In this document: positions 63,228-64,000 of the stretch, piece by piece | How the letters are laid out: each line of letters starts with the position of its first letter | Numbering within the stretch: the stretch's first letter is position 1 | Source of the DNA: Microbacteriaceae bacterium | GTDB taxonomy: Bacteria; Actinomycetota; Actinomycetes; Actinomycetales; Microbacteriaceae | Length of the DNA: 64,000 bases | Reading direction: 5' to 3' | NCBI GenBank assembly: GCA_047605685.1 | Contig: JASGFF010000001.1 | Coordinates: 26,940 to 90,939, forward strand | The notes under the pieces: generated by a model | Told to the model about the DNA's origin: nothing | What the model saw: only the letters and a program-made list of their open reading frames with translations | The model's database searches: none | Program-made: the position numbers and the translations under genes

Positions 63228-63572
63228 TCAGTGCGCGTGCGGCCCGGCGAGCTTGAAGCCGAGACGCCCGTGGGCGTAGGCGGCCCCCGCGCCGATCGCG
63301 GCGGCGACCCAGGCCGCCTCGGCGAGCTCGCCCTCGCTCGCACCGGCCGCCGCGGCGTTGCCGCCGTGGGCGTCGATGCAGTACACGCACTGCTTGGAGA
63401 GGCCGACCGCATAGGCGATCAGCTCGCGATACTTCAGCGGGATCTCGCGGCCCTCCGGGGCGAAGACCGCGGCGTCGAAGGCGGAGAAGGCCGCGAGCAC
63501 GTCCGGGGTGCTCTGCCGGTAGCCGCTCGTGTAGCGCTTGTCAGCGTCGCGGTCGTAATAGGCGTCGGTCAT
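63228..63572 (-). CDS. AhpD-like carboxymuconolactone decarboxylase family protein
   Basis: Last 114 codons of ORF 63228..63749. ..LSKQCVYCIDAH.. CxxC core motif. Confidence 0.8.
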   Translation of the reverse strand: MTDAYYDRDADKRYTSGYRQSTPDVLAAFSAFDAAVFAPEGREIPLKYRELIAYAVGLSKQCVYCIDAHGGNAAAAGASEGELAEAAWVAAAIGAGAAYAHGRLGFKLAGPHAH

Positions 63573-64000
63573 CGGTGCTCCCTCGTTGTCGTTGTCGGCG
63601 TCGGCCGGGACGGGTGCCGGCTCGCCGGACGGGCCAGGCCCAGATTCTCTCGCAGCGTCGCCCCCGCGTACTCGCGGCGGAACAGACCCCGGCGTTGCAG
63701 CTCGGGGACGACGAGCTCGGCGAACGCCACGAGCGTGCCGGGCTGCCACGGGAACGACACGGTGAAACCGTCCGCGGCGGCCGAGCTGAAACGCTCCTCG
63801 ATGTGATCGGCGACGTCCCGCGGCGAGCCGACCACGACACCGTCGCCGGCCGCGACGAGCGCCACCAGGTCGCGCACCGCCAGGCCGGATGCCGCGGCCT
63901 GTTCGTAGAGCTCCCGGCTGCGCCCGCGGCTGCGGCTCGTCGCGCCGCCGGCGTGCGGCGGCAACGGGGCGTCCGGCGGCAGCCCGGCGAGCTCGACACC
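63569..64000 (-). CDS. LLM-class flavin-dependent oxidoreductase (NtaA/SnaA/DszA-like), C-terminal part; N-terminus beyond the window
   Basis: ORF 63569..63964 and upstream open frame. ..ADGFTVSFPWQPGTLVAFAELVVPELQRRGLFRREYAGATLRENLGL.. is a family-typical C-terminus. Confidence 0.75.
   Translation of the reverse strand, partial: GVELAGLPPDAPLPPHAGGATSRSRGRSRELYEQAAASGLAVRDLVALVAAGDGVVVGSPRDVADHIEERFSSAAADGFTVSFPWQPGTLVAFAELVVPELQRRGLFRREYAGATLRENLGLARPASRHPSRPTPTTTTREHR

Overview
High-GC (by eye about 70%) actinobacterial chromosomal DNA, Microbacteriaceae-like, densely coding, with many 4-bp ATGA/GTGA start/stop overlaps. I made about 60 protein-gene calls, 2 tRNAs and one tRNA fragment. 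There is no rRNA and no CRISPR array.

Layout from left to right:
- (1) 1-9.1 kb: one co-directional minus-strand gene string. It holds monomeric sarcosine-oxidase-like, OpuC-type betaine ABC importer, three-component Rieske oxygenase and psuG/psuK genes.
- (2) 9.2-27.2 kb: a block rich in D-stereospecific enzyme families. These are a D-aminoacylase, a DSD1-type PLP enzyme, DppA, an R61-like serine peptidase and an M20-GNAT-NSAR triad. They surround a Dpp-type peptide importer and are flanked by two PucR regulators.
- (3) 27.8-36.0 kb: a LacI-controlled fructan/sucrose locus with two GH32 genes, an ABC importer and a fructokinase, ending at tRNA-Arg.
- (4) 36.3-40.9 kb: cofD-like and pcaF/pcaJ/pcaI/pcaR-like genes.
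- (5) 40.9-54.8 kb: the most interesting part. A recurring 12-bp operator (GTGAWCGWTCAC) sits in four promoter regions. It links an ABC sugar importer, a mannitol-dehydrogenase-family enzyme, a LacI regulator, a 1530-aa secreted beta-helix multidomain protein and two Gfo/Idh/MocA oxidoreductases.
- (6) 54.9-56.9 kb: a TetR/MFS pair.
- (7) 57.1-61.8 kb: a decayed integrative element at tRNA-Ser with toxin-antitoxin modules and duplicated integrase fragments.
- (8) 61.8-64.0 kb: LCP, AhpD-like and LLM oxidoreductase genes.

All calls rest on reading the supplied translations and sequence. No database search or numeric GC computation was possible.
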